This document shows positions 23,564-36,476 of a stretch of DNA of 64,000 nt, piece by piece. How positions within the stretch are numbered: position 1 is the first letter of the stretch; the number at the start of each line of letters is the position of its first letter. The stretch spans positions 1 through 64,000 of the forward strand of contig JAUCBJ010001570.1 in NCBI GenBank assembly GCA_032718475.1, written 5' to 3'. Source of the stretch: Nemertoderma westbladi (Eukaryota > Animalia > Xenacoelomorpha). Below the pieces are notes generated by a model. It was not told where the DNA came from, searched no databases, and saw only the letters and a program-made list of their open reading frames with translations. The translations under genes were made by a program, and so were the position numbers.

Positions 23564-25280
23564 ATAAAATGATTGTCTAGACTGTTGAATTAACTGTGAA
23601 CATTTAGACAACCAGTTACCGCAACGGTACCGTTGGGTGTGATCAGGCTCCGTGCAGTGTACCACTGGCTTATCGCATCAATACCGCAAGATTAACCCAT
23701 TGGGTACAAACTTCCAATCAACGGGTAGTTTACCGATCACGCACCGGTGACTGTTCTCTATGGCCAGGCTACGATATTTTAAATTAGGCCTATAAGTAAA
23801 ATGTTGCATTGTTTATATTGCCCTGCAAGAAAGTATATAAACACATTTAAGTAAGGTCACGTCACTAAGTTTCATGTAAATATTGGCATATTATTAGGTA
23901 TTAACATATACAAATGATGTCGGTATATTTATATCGTTCAGTCAGTTTTTAATTCATATATAGTTTAAAGTTAAACATTTGGACTGGATTCGACTGATTA
24001 CAGTTACCGGTAGTTATCGTGAATTCAGGTTTCTGACAAACATTAAACCACCGCGACGAGTTGCATATAGGAAGTGACACTTTACCAACAACATCATTGT
24101 ATTTGCAGACAGCAATATAATCGTATTCAGGTTACACAAATATATGACCCTACAAAAGTGTATTCATAACAAATACAATACATAACAAATATATGACCCT
24201 ACAAGAGTGTCGACTTTTTCGGTGTAAACAATCATCCGTTACAGACGTACAAAAACTGTGAAAAAAGTTACGTTTCCGAAACTCCTCCAAGATTTAACTC
24301 TTCGGTTTCGGCTCAGTTTAACGTTATTGCAGACGTGATAAATGCAGACATTATATTAAAATGCTACTCAATTGGTTCCAGTGGATTCATGGCAAAATAC
24401 AAGCGCATTCTAGAGTATTTCCACATTAATAGCCCACTGTAATATAGACTCGTTGTACTAATTATCTTATAATAATAATAGTAAATTATTATACAAATTA
24501 AGGACTGAAATAGATACAGCACAAATTTTATATAGAAATTTATATAACTATAACATGTAACTTTTATTATGTTATCGTCTGTGTAAAGCGTTGGGCCATT
24601 TTAATTATTTTACTTGAAATATACATCCGGCTTGATTGGAATGAAATGAAAAATGAATTATCTCTATTGGAAGTCCATTTGGTCGCCCAATTGGTCCCGT
24701 TATCCCACTACACCCACCCCAAGCCCATTTCCAACTACGACTCCACTTTTCCCAGTTTCTATTTCAAAAGTTAGACTGTTACTTGATTAAAGAGTATATT
24801 TCCGATCAAAACTCAACAACTATAGATAGGGTAAAATAATTAGCGTCACGTGAAAAGAAAAAACTAAAATGAATTTCTGCCAGACAGAGTTCTTTAAGTA
24901 TATAGTGTATGACAACAGTTATTATAGGACAATAGAGGATATTTCTTCTTCTGGTTGGTCAATTCCGTAAATAATGGTTGGCTTAAAAGAAAAACACAAG
25001 GTAAAAAAACCCCAACTCAAGGATAGGGTTATTTGGTCAACTGACTTCACAAGGTAAAGCACCCTATATGGTCGTATTTAGATATGGGGTGTTTAGCCTC
25101 GCAGCAGTTGATATGAGATGCTGCCATTGGGTGTTTTAAGATTGAAAAAGTCCGACCCGCAGTTTAATTGACTAGATTTTGTAAAACCTCTGTCATCTCC
25201 CCGTATCATATCGTATTTCTACACTATTTATATTTCCGCTTGTGTGTCTTAACGCACTTCTATGGGAGAAGGTAGTGATT

Positions 25281-25761
25281 GGCGAGCCACATACACTAAG
25301 TATCCAACTGTTTGTGGTCAGTGTTATGGGGCGAGCCACATACACTAAGTATACAACTGTTTGTGGTCCGTGTTATGGGGCGAGCCACATACACTAAGTA
25401 TCCGACTGTTTGTGGTCCGTGTTATGGGGCGAGCCACATACACTAAGTATCCAACTGTTTGTGGTCCGTGTTATGGGGCGAGCCACATATACTAAGTATC
25501 CAACTGTTTGTGGTCCGTGTTATGGGGCGAGCCACATACACTAAGTATCCAACTGTTTGTGGTCCGTGTTATGGGGCGAGCCACATACACTAAGTATCCA
25601 ACTGTTTGTGGTCCGTGTTATGGGGCGAGCCACATACACTAAGTATCCAGCTGTTTGTGGTCCGTGTTATGGGGCGAGCCACATACACTAAGTATCCAGC
25701 TGTTTGTGGTCCGTGTTATGGGGCGAGCCACATACACTAATTATCCAAGTGTTTGTGGTCC
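25281..25761. repeat. 49-bp tandem repeat, ~10 copies, overlapping the DHODH stop codon
   Basis: Unit GTTATGGGGCGAGCCACATACACTAAGTATCCAACTGTTTGTGGTCCGT. Confidence 0.97.
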
Positions 25762-26927
25762 GCACCCACAGCTTCCCCGACTGAACCGAAACCGTCCCGT
25801 TTCAGCAACTCGGCCAGTTGTTTCTTTATCTCCCTGACTACTGGCGGCCCCTGGTAGACCAACGCGGTGTATAGCTGCACCAAACTCGCCCCAGCCCGTA
25901 TCTTATCGTACGCGTCTGCACCGGAACTGACCCCGCCCACCCCGATTATAGGCAGCGAGCCGCCTGTCAGCCGGTACATATCGGCAACCATCCCGGTCGA
26001 CGGATCCTTGAGTGGCGCGCCACTGAGGCCCCCGGTTTCGGACGCGGATCCCGACAAGTCAGCCGGTCTCGCCAACGTAGTATTGGCCACTATAATCCCG
26101 TTGACACGGTTGCTAGGCTCCGTAACCAGGGACGCCATCTCGCGGCGTTGTAACTCGTCGAGATCCGGCGAAAGTTTAATCAACAGCGGCGGGCCGCCGC
26201 CCGGGAATAATTCGCGTCGGTCGGAGTTTAATTTAGTGATGATTTTAGTTAGTTCGTCGGTCTGCTGTAGTTTGCGAAGTCCAGGGGTGTTGGGACTGGA
26301 TACGTTAACCACCAAATAGTCCGGATTAGTAGCCGCCAAGTGGCGTAGAACCGAACTGTACTCAGTCGCTGCGTCGTTTTCCGTCGTTTTATTTTTACCG
26401 AAATTAACTCCTATTATTCCGCCGGGGGGCGATTGTTTCGCTTCTAGAATCTTCCGTTTCACCGCGAGGACTCCGCTTCCCGGGAATCCCATACGGTTGA
26501 TAACGGCGCGATTCTTGGTCACCCGGAATACTCGGGGTCTATCGTTGCCGGGTTGCGGTTGTGGAGTTACCGTTCCGACTTCCACGAAACCGAAACCCAA
26601 GGCGAGGAAACCGTGGATAGCGGTGGCGTCCTTATCGCAACCCGCGGCCAACCCCACCGGGTTAGAGAAGGTTCGATTGAAGACTTGCGTAGTTAAACAG
26701 TGTGGGTCCCTATAGAAACGGTTGCCCAAAGGAACAGCCAATCGGGGGCGAGTAGATAGCAATCTGAGGAAGAGTGAATGAGCTTCCTCAGGTTGATAGA
26801 ACCGAGCTATAGTCGGCATTACGATATTGGTGTAGAACTTTGGGTCGCCTCCCAGTAGACAACCTACAGACATGCAGGCCCCTCCCCCGACGGTGAGAAA
26901 TGCAGTCTGTAGCAATTTGGAAACCAT
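25737..26927 (-). CDS. DHODH: Dihydroorotate dehydrogenase (quinone), class 2, mitochondrial type; intronless
   Basis: N-terminal hydrophobic anchor, PEEAH, NPVGLAAG, GFGFVEVGTVTP, PRVFR, NRMGF, GKNK, NVSSPNTPGLR (catalytic Ser), KLSPD, NTT, GGLSG, GVGG, GASLVQLY, C-terminal VGADH. Confidence 0.97.
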   Translation of the reverse strand: MVSKLLQTAFLTVGGGACMSVGCLLGGDPKFYTNIVMPTIARFYQPEEAHSLFLRLLSTRPRLAVPLGNRFYRDPHCLTTQVFNRTFSNPVGLAAGCDKDATAIHGFLALGFGFVEVGTVTPQPQPGNDRPRVFRVTKNRAVINRMGFPGSGVLAVKRKILEAKQSPPGGIIGVNFGKNKTTENDAATEYSSVLRHLAATNPDYLVVNVSSPNTPGLRKLQQTDELTKIITKLNSDRRELFPGGGPPLLIKLSPDLDELQRREMASLVTEPSNRVNGIIVANTTLARPADLSGSASETGGLSGAPLKDPSTGMVADMYRLTGGSLPIIGVGGVSSGADAYDKIRAGASLVQLYTALVYQGPPVVREIKKQLAELLKRDGFGSVGEAVGADHKHLDN

Positions 26928-27599
26928 GTCGGCGATTCGGTCGTTGTATGATGGTATTCTTCATTAGTTTGTGTTGTAGATGTAGGCCTACCTGTTTGTA
27001 CTATGATCAAATGCCTACTTACTACTGTACAAGTACCTGGAATAGTAGTCCTTGACTTTGACTAGCGAACTATCAAGCAAGACCTTAGAGCTGAGAACTA
27101 TTGCATTTTTTACAGCTTCCTGTTATGCTGAATAGGAAACAGCTGATTTATTGTTTACTACAATAAAACAGCTGACAATGACACATGATCTGTAAACAGT
27201 ATAGGATAGGTAGAGTAGGCCTAGGCCATGCATGTTCAACCGTTACTATATTTAGTAGGCCACGCCCTTTGCCTTGACAGCTATAATAGTCAAATAGTAG
27301 CTATAAGTCCATTTGTATATAATTCGATTACATCTCGGATTGGTCCCAACTTAGAAAAGAACTGCTATAAACAAAACACTCAGCATTATCAAGAACAGCG
27401 ACTTTTTTGTTTAGTTTATGTTAATGGCTAACCTCTACTTTTCATCTCACCCGAATAGCATTGTATTTATATAGCATGGTCTGATGACGCCGGGCCGGTC
27501 CTAGCTGCAGTACCACCCTACGCTCAACAGTGTCTGGCATAACGCAGATGATGACGATGACACTACTTTTGATGGCAATAACATAATAAACTCAGAGTG

Positions 27600-27860
27600 G
27601 TTCCAGTGATAGGTCACAGAATCAAACATTGATCCTAAGTAGCCGAAGATTTCTATGTGACCAACCCATGGGGGGGGGGGGGGATCCAAGTTTACATTTA
27701 GGATTCTGGTCTGTCTTTGTACCTTTCAAAATAGCCAGACAATGGATGCTGTTTGTTCTAGACCGCTGAGTAATCTTTGGAGACCATTCTGACATTAAAC
27801 CCACATCATTTTCACTCACTTCCTCCATATCCAGACATGTTCTAGCTGATATAGTCAACT
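27600..27860 (-). mobile_element. Highly degenerate LINE RT remnant
   Basis: Fragment HIEIFGYLGSMFD resembles the RT YLG motif; broken by poly-C and frameshifts. Confidence 0.3.
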
Positions 27861-28520
27861 ATTTACCAACTCTTAGGTTTCATTATTTCCTAACGTCCCT
27901 TCCACATTGGTTGAGTAACATTGATTATCATTATGGTATTATCACATAATGTAAACTATCCCCAAATACAAAGCAAATTTTATCGAAGTGTTATGATTGA
28001 CTGTCTGGTCGGGGTTTTAGTGTGTAATATGGAACCACCAAAATCTAATGGAATGTGTGATTTTAGATTTTGTTTGTTTCGATTGTTATTTGCCTCAAGC
28101 CATAGTTCCGTGCGTTATTTTTAGCTTTAGATACACACAAACCTGCACATCTTCAATATACTAATTAAAGATAATTAATGACACACAATGTCATCTAAAT
28201 ACTTATTTTCTGATTTTTTTTTAACATTTTGATTTCAATCCTTTTTCCATATTGTTTTGTAGTGCCAACATCACGCTAACTAACGGTGTTTTAAGTGTGT
28301 GAAACACACTAACTTTAAGTGTGTGGGGTTTACACTAAAGTTTGTATGAAAAATGCCCTTTTGATAATAATACGTAACCGATATCTCACTTAATTTCGGC
28401 CGCTAGAGGGCTTTTTAAACTTGGTTTTACTTTGAACGACCTTCGTGCAATTTACAGACTCTCGCGACATCGTTGGACATACCGGTACCTTTGGAAACCG
28501 TAAAATCTAATGACACGTTC

Positions 28521-28786
28521 GTGGGGTCTTCGCGCAGCACGAAGTGAGCAAAGACTTAGCATATAGGGGCCCCCATTATCGACTTGTCTGTCGTTAGTTT
28601 GAAGTCAGTCAGAGAAGTCAAAGGTTCTATCTAAACCTTTGACGGACTACATACGTACCAAGTTTCGTTTAATTTCATCAAGGAATTGAGTTATTAGCGA
28701 TCCAATGTGTACGACTACAGGCGACGACGACAGAAAACTCGTTAATGGTACCCATATATTAACGCTCACTTCGTGGCTCGCCCCAC
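28521..28786. mobile_element. Small non-autonomous element with imperfect TIRs
   Basis: GTGGGG...CACGAAGTGAGC at left and GCTCACTTCGTG...CCCCAC at right. Confidence 0.5.
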
Positions 28787-28887
28787 AAAATTTAGTGTAT
28801 TATATATATTATGTAGGCCTACTTGTATAATTTCTTATTAAAAACTTCTGAAAGTGTCCTTCAAAAGTTATTAAGTCTTGACGACGG

Positions 28888-29160
28888 TATATTTAGCGCC
28901 CCTAGCGACATACCGTGAAATCGCACGACGTCAGAAACTAATTAATTGAGAACATTTCATACGTCATTCTGTAAAAATATTGTCAAAATGTATGTGAATT
29001 TATATTTAGCACCACCTAGCGGCAGTCCATGAAATCGCACGACGTCAGAAACTAATTTATTGAGAACATTCCATAGGTCATTCTGTAAAAATATTGTCAA
29101 AATGTATGTGAATTTATATTTAGCACCACCTAGCGGCAGTCCATGAAATTGCGCTACGCC
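28888..29160. repeat. 114-bp tandem duplication (~2.4 copies) carrying CTCF-like motifs
   Basis: TATATTTAGC(A/G)CC(A)CCTAGCG recurs, with its TAGC at 28894, 29007 and 29121. Confidence 0.85.
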
Positions 29161-29557
29161 AGCATCCGCATCATTTGAATAAGAACATTCCATTGGTTTG
29201 TTATTCTGTCATTAATGATTAGTTATTCTGTCATTAAAATCAATGCAGTGGTTCAAAGGTTATTTGTATCGGCGAAGTAATATTTATCGCCTCCTAGCGG
29301 CAGACCATTAAGTTACCAAAATTCTCTAAACTTTGCCTCTACTAAATCTAATAATTATAAAATAAATGTGGTTCATTCATGTATAATTATGCAGTTATTA
29401 TTAAGTTAAAGTCAACCCTCGTTCAAGGTAGCCCAGCGCCGTCTTCCAGACCCAGTAAGTGAAAAAACTTCATTTTGAGAAAATCGCATTTGAAGTTTTT
29501 CATACAAAACGGTGTATCTACAACCTAGAGTACAAAAATTATAATTATTAAATTCCC

Positions 29558-32500
29558 AAAACCCAGTAAATGTTTACTAGAAACCCAGTAAATGTTTACT
29601 AGAAACCCAGTAAATGTTTACTAGAAACCCAGTAAATGTTTACTATGAACCCAGTAAATGTTTACTAGAAACCCAGTAAATGTTTACTAGAAACCCAGTA
29701 AATGTTTACTAGAAACCCAGTAAATGTTTACTAGAAACCCAGTAAATGTTTACTAGAAACCCAGTAAATGTTTACTAGAAACCCAGTAAATGTTTACTAG
29801 AAACCCAGTAAATGTTTACTAGAAACCCGGTAAATGTTTACTAGAAACCCAGTAAATGTTTACTAGAAACCCAGTAAATGTTTACTTGAAACCCAGTAAA
29901 TGTTTACTATAAACCCAGTAAATGTTTACTAGAAACCCAGTAAATGTTTACTAGAAACCCAGTAAATGTTTACTAGAAACCCAGTAAATGTTTACTATGA
30001 ACCCAGTAAATGTTTACTAGAAACCCAGTAAATGTTTACTAGAAACCCAGTAAATGTTTACTAGAAACCCAGTAAATGTTTACTAGAAACCCAGTAAATG
30101 TTTACTAGAAACCCAGTAAATGTTTACTAGAAACCCAGTAAATGTTTACTAGAAACCCAGTAAATGTTTACTAGAAACCCAGTAAATGTTTACTAGAAAC
30201 CCAGTAAATGTTTAATAGAAACCCAGTAAATGTTTACCAGAAACCCAGTAAATGTTTACTAGAAACCCGGTAAATGTTTACTAGAAACCCAGTAAATGTT
30301 TACTAGAAACCCAGTAAATGTTTACTTGAAACCCAGTAAATGTTTACTATAAACCCAGTAAATGTTTACTAGAAACCCAGTAAATGTTTACTAGAAACCC
30401 AGTAAATGTTTACTAGAAACCCAGTAAATGTTTACTATGAACCCAGTAAATGTTTACTAGAAACCCAGTAAATGTTTACTAGAAACCCAGTAAATGTTTA
30501 CTAGAAACCCAGTAAATGTTTACTAGAAACCCAGTAAATGTTTACTAGAAACCCAGTAAATGTTTACTAGAAACCCAGTAAATGTTTACTAGAAACCCAG
30601 TAAATGTTTACTTGAAACCCAGTAAATGTTTACTATAAACCCAGTAAATGTTTACTAGAAACCCAGTAAATGTTTACTAGAAACCCAGTAAATGTTTACT
30701 TGAAACCCAGTAAATGTTTACTATAAACCCAGTAAATGTTTACTAGAAACCCAGTAAATGTTTACTAGAAACCCAGTAAATGTTTACTAGAAACCCAGTA
30801 AATGTTTACTATGAACCCAGTAAATGTTTACTAGAAACCCAGTAAATGTTTACTAGAAACCCAGTAAATGTTTACTAGAAACCCAGTAAATGTTTACTAG
30901 AAACCCAGTAAATGTTTACTAGAAACCCAGTAAATGTTTACTAGAAACCCAGTAAATGTTTACTAGAAACCCAGTAAATGTTTACTAGAAACCCAGTAAA
31001 TGTTTACTAGAAACCCAGTAAATGTTTACTAGAAACCCAGTAAATGTTTACTAGAAACCCAGTAAATGTTTACTAGAAACCCAGTAAATGTTTACTAGAA
31101 ACCCAGTAAATGTTTACTAGAAACCCAGTAAATGTTTACTAGAAACCCAGTAAATGTTTACTAGAAACCCAGTAAATGTTTACTAGAAACCCAGTAAATG
31201 TTTACTAGAAACCCAGTAAATGTTTACTAGAAACCCAGTAAATGTTTACTAGAAACCCAGTAAATGTTTACTAGAAACCCAGTAAATGTTTACTTGAAAC
31301 CCAGTAAATGTTTACTAGAAACCCAGTAAATGTTTACTAGAAACCCAGTAAATGTTTACTAGAAACCCAGTAAATGTTTACTATGAACCCAGTAAATGTT
31401 TACTAGAAACCCAGTAAATGTTTACTAGAAACCCAGTAAATGTTTACTAGAAACCCAGTAAATGTTTACTAGAAACCCAGTAAATGTTTACTATGAACCC
31501 AGTAAATGTTTACTAGAAACCCAGTAAATGTTTACTAGAAACCCAGTAAATGTTTACTAGAAACCCAGTAAATGTTTACTAGAAACCCAGTAAATGTTTA
31601 CTAGAAACCCAGTAAATGTTTACTAGAAACCCAGTAAATGTTTACTAGAAACCCAGTAAATGTTTACTAGAAACCCAGTAAATGTTTACTAGAAACCCAG
31701 TAAATGTTTACTAGAAACCCAGTAAATGTTTACTAGAAACCCAGTAAATGTTTACTTGAAACCCAGTAAATGTTTACTAGAAACCCAGTAAATGTTTACT
31801 AGAAACCCAGTAAATGTTTACTAGAAACCCAGTAAATGTTTACTATGAAACCCAGTAAATGTTTACTAGAAACCCAGTAAATGTTTACTAGAAACCCAGT
31901 AAATGTTTACTAGAAACCCAGTAAATGTTTACTAGAAACCCAGTAAATGTTTACTAGAAACCCAGTAAATGTTTACTAGAAACCCAGTAAATGTTTACTA
32001 GAAACCCAGTAAATGTTTACTAGAAACCCAGTAAATGTTTACTAGAAACCCAGTAAATGTTTACTAGAAACCCAGTAAATGTTTAATAGAAACCCAGTAA
32101 ATGTTTACTAGAAACCCAGTAAATGTTTACTAGAAACCCAGTAAATGTTTACTAGAAACCCAGTAAATGTTTACTAGAAACCCAGTAAATGTTTACTATG
32201 AAACCCAGTAAATGTTTACTAGAAACCCAGTAAATGTTTACTAGAAACCCAGTAAATGTTTACTAGAAACCCAGTAAATGTTTACTAGAAACCCAGTAAA
32301 TGTTTACTATGAACCCAGTAAATGTTTACTAGAAACCCAGTAAATGTTTACTAGAAACCCAGTAAATGTTTACTAGAAACCCAGTAAATGTTTACTAGAA
32401 ACCCAGTAAATGTTTACTAGAAACCCAGTAAATGTTTACTAGAAACCCAGTAAATGTTTACTAGAAACCCAGTAAATGTTTACTTGAAACCCAGTAAATG

Positions 32501-34059
32501 TTTACTAGAAACCCAGTAAATGTTTACTAGAAACCCAGTAAATGTTTACTAGAAACCCAGTAAATGTTTACTTGAAACCCAGTAAATGTTTACTAGAAAC
32601 CCAGTAAATGTTTACTAGAAACCCAGTAAATGTTTACTAGAAACCCAGTAAATGTTTACTAGAAACCCAGTAAATGTTTACTAGAAACCCAGTAAATGTT
32701 TACTAGAAACCCAGTAAATGTTTACTAGAAACCCAGTAAATGTTTACTAGAAACCCAGTAAATGTTTACTAGAAACCCAGTAAATGTTTACTAGAAACCC
32801 AGTAAATGTTTACTAGAAACCCAGTAAATGTTTACTAGAAACCCAGTAAATGTTTACTAGAAACCCAGTAAATGTTTACTAGAAACCCAGTAAATGTTTA
32901 CTAGAAACCCAGTAAATGTTTACTAGAAACCCAGTAAATGTTTACTAGAAACCCAGTAAATGTTTACTAGAAACCCAGTAAATGTTTACTAGAAACCCAG
33001 TAAATGTTTACTAGAAACCCAGTAAATGTTTACTAGAAACCCAGTAAATGTTTACTAGAAACCCAGTAAATGTTTACTAGAAACCCAGTAAATGTTTACT
33101 AGAAACCCAGTAAATGTTTACTAGAAACCCAGTAAATGTTTACTAGAAACCCAGTAAATGTTTACTTGAAACCCAGTAAATGTTTACTATAAACCCAGTA
33201 AATGTTTACTAGAAACCCAGTAAATGTTTACTAGAAACCCAGTAAATGTTTACTAGAAACCCAGTAAATGTTTACTATGAACCCAGTAAATGTTTACTAG
33301 AAACCCAGTAAATGTTTACTAGAAACCCAGTAAATGTTTACTAGAAACCCAGTAAATGTTTACTAGAAACCCAGTAAATGTTTACTTGAAACCCAGTAAA
33401 TGTTTACTATAAACCCAGTAAATGTTTACTAGAAACCTAGTAAATGTTTACTAGAAACCCAGTAAATGTTTACTAGAAACCCAGTAAATGTTTACTATGA
33501 ACCCAGTAAATGTTTACTAGAAACCCAGTAAATGTTTACTAGAAACCCAGTAAATGTTTACTATGAACCCAGTAAATGTTTACTAGAAACCCAGTAAATG
33601 TTTACTAGAAACCCAGTAAATGTTTACTAGAAACCCAGTAAATGTTTACTAGAAACCCAGTAAATGTTTACTAGAAACCCAGTAAATGTTTACTAGAAAC
33701 CCAGTAAATGTTTACTAGAAACCCAGTAAATGTTTACTAGAAACCCAGTAAATGTTTACTATAAACCCAGTAAATGTTTACTAGAAACCCAGTAAATGTT
33801 TACTAGAAACCCAGTAAATGTTTACTAGAAACCCAGTAAATGTTTACTATGAACCCAGTAAATGTTTACTAGAAACCCAGTAAATGTTTACTAGAAACCC
33901 AGTAAATGTTTACTAGAAACCCAGTAAATGTTTACTAGAAACCCAGTAAATGTTTACTAGAAACCCAGTAAATGTTTACTAGAAACCCAGTAAATGTTTA
34001 CTAGAAACCCAGTAAATGTTTACGAGAAACCCAGTAAATGTTTACTAGAAACCCAGTAA
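29558..34059. repeat. 22-bp satellite, ~204 copies (AAACCCAGTAAATGTTTACTAG)
   Basis: Highly homogeneous tandem array with recurring TATG/TTG/TAT variants. Confidence 0.99.
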
Positions 34060-34384
34060 CTATATCCCAAAACTTGGTTTTGATGTGGTGAATAATTAGG
34101 CTTTACCATGTTTGTTGAAGATACTGGGTTTTGAAATTTAAAAAAGTGACAGTGAAATAGTCAATCTTAAATTTGTAACCGAGTAAGTGGAAGTTGATGT
34201 GTTTTGAAATGTAATTATACATAACGTAGTTACTGGGTTTTGGAACAGTGCTATCTTCATCATGGGACTTTCACAGATGAATTCTACACCCTCGAAAACC
34301 CCAAAGGTCAAATAAAAAAAATTTCGAAAAATTTCAGTTACTGGGTTTCGGCATGGGATAGCCGTAGGCCACTCCGCCACCTTA

Positions 34385-34888
34385 CCCGTGGCCGTGACCC
34401 TCTCACGCAATGCAAAGCACCTCGGATAGGGGCAAAATGAGTACCGAGCAACCGAGTACGCACCAACCCGTCACGACGCAATATGGCCACTCCCAGGTTC
34501 TGGGGAGCTTCTCCGCTATTATGCGGAGTAACTTGTTGGCCTGGGGGGGGGGGGGGGGGGGGAATTCCGTCGCAAGAGGCCACGAATGGGGAGAAGTCGG
34601 CCCGACCGGCGTTGACGGCCTTCCCATACAATCGCTTCTTATCCTCCTTTGCCGAGGAAAGGATCTAGTTCGGGGAGCGTTTGGCGTATGACCCGGCGTC
34701 AGGGTTAATAACCTTCATGTCAAACAACACCTGTGTCTGCCTGTTGGAGGGCCCCGAACTGCTAAGTCGCAACGGAGACCCAAGTCCCCATTGACACACT
34801 GTCCCGTGTCCCTTCCGTACAACCGGTTCATTTACCACATTGCGGTCCCCAACAACATCCCGCAACTCATTGTGTGTCTGTATGACAA
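34385..34888 (-). mobile_element. CRE-like non-LTR retrotransposon 3' fragment (restriction-like endonuclease domain)
   Basis: Fragments HTHNELRDVVGD, LFDMKVINPDAGSY, KRLY...FSPFVASCDG, ANKLLRIIAEKLPRTWEWPY, LHCVRGSR; frameshifted, with a poly-C run. Confidence 0.7.
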
Positions 34889-36420
34889 GGTAATAATAAC
34901 TCTTATTTGATTTGATCGTAAAAGCTTAATGTTCGTGTATAAAATCTCCTAATTAATTTAACCACTCCTAATTAATTTAACCACTCGTAATCTATTGGAT
35001 GTGTATAAAAGTGATTAATTTTTAATGATGAGTTTGAAAGGGAAACTCAAATTATCTTTTTATATGCCCATGGCTGCGTAATATTGTAATATACGAGTAA
35101 AAACTGGGTGGATTGATTATACGGGGTTTTCATCCTCCTAACCTCGACATACTGTACCAACTGTGTTTAATTATTTGAATCAAAACGGAGATCTGACCTC
35201 CTCTCTGTACAGAAACCTGATGAGTTCTGGGTTACCTGGAGCGATTCGTTTATAGTTGCATTGCGGTTTACTGGATGGTAGAAATCCCGGCTGTATCAGT
35301 CCATATCTCACCGTAAAGAATGCGCCGACTCTGAATTTTAAATGTGTTTATTAATGGGGGTGATATAGGCAGTTGTACGGCCTGTCTCCGGTTATGCGGC
35401 CTTATCTGAATGACCACTCTCTCGACTCAATTACCTATTCTGTCGTCATCTTCAATTCTCATTATACTCTTTATTGCTACTATATTCTGTTTCACTGTGC
35501 GTTTTTTTATATTGTTCATTTAAAACTCCCGCAGTGTCGCCATTGCTGTTTATACTCATTCATTGATTACAGTAATGTGTAACTGACGGGGCGAGGTTAG
35601 AGTGCTGAATGATTTTCTGTGTAACTTTATAAAGATTGTACAAAGTGTTCCGTAGAAGTTATTTCGTTCCAACTATGATCATTAATTATTATTATATAAT
35701 TATAAATATTGCGGAATTTTTAAATTTCCATTGTGTGTAAGTAAGGGTTCCAGTGCCTACGCCGACAACCGACAAACATTGACAAAATATGACAAAACCA
35801 CGATAAATATGAAACTGTAACCTGTTATCATAACTTTTGTTTATTATTTTGGTTAGAATTAGAATAACTTTTCACTGTAACCTGTTCCTTCATTTCAATT
35901 GATAATTAACATTCATTACCGTATATAATGGTTGTCGGCCTAGCGTTTACACCCTTTTCCATTGGCGTTACACTTCGATCTATCATATAATACATACAAT
36001 CCAAACTTCAAAATATTTATTGTAGACCAACAATATCCACTGGAGTGCCATAGCACCAAACCCATCTGCGATAAATCCGATTCATTTAATCTCAATGTAG
36101 CAGTGCCGAGAGATGTATGGATGCCCTTCGTTAATGCTGTGTTATTGGACACTAATAATTAATGTAGATATAATTATTGAACCGCATCGCATCCCTTCCA
36201 ATGTTGATTTCTAATGTTGAAAACAAAACAAAAATATTATTAAGATTTTCTGCAGAGGTAATAAGATGAAATAAGCGCTTTAAAACACTTGATAAATTTA
36301 AAAAAATAAAAAATCTTCCTATATAAATTTTCAATCAAATTTCGACCGAAAGGTGAAAACTGTTGTTCTTCACAAGAAGGGTGTAAATATTGACAGGGGC
36401 ATAATATCTAAATAAATTCG

Positions 36421-36476
36421 GACACAGCATTCTTAAAAATGCAGCTGCAATGCAGCATGCCGATCCTAGTAGTAAT
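36421..36476 (+). mobile_element. Very short 3'-end copy of the RTE family at 52240-52614
   Basis: CACAGCATTCTTAAAAATGCAGCTGCAATGCAGCATGCCGATCCTAGT is the reverse complement of ~52241-52288 and is followed by AGTAAT. Confidence 0.75.

Noticed and set aside
25867-26715. Plus-strand ORFs within DHODH
   Set aside because: Antisense shadows of a GC-rich coding sequence.
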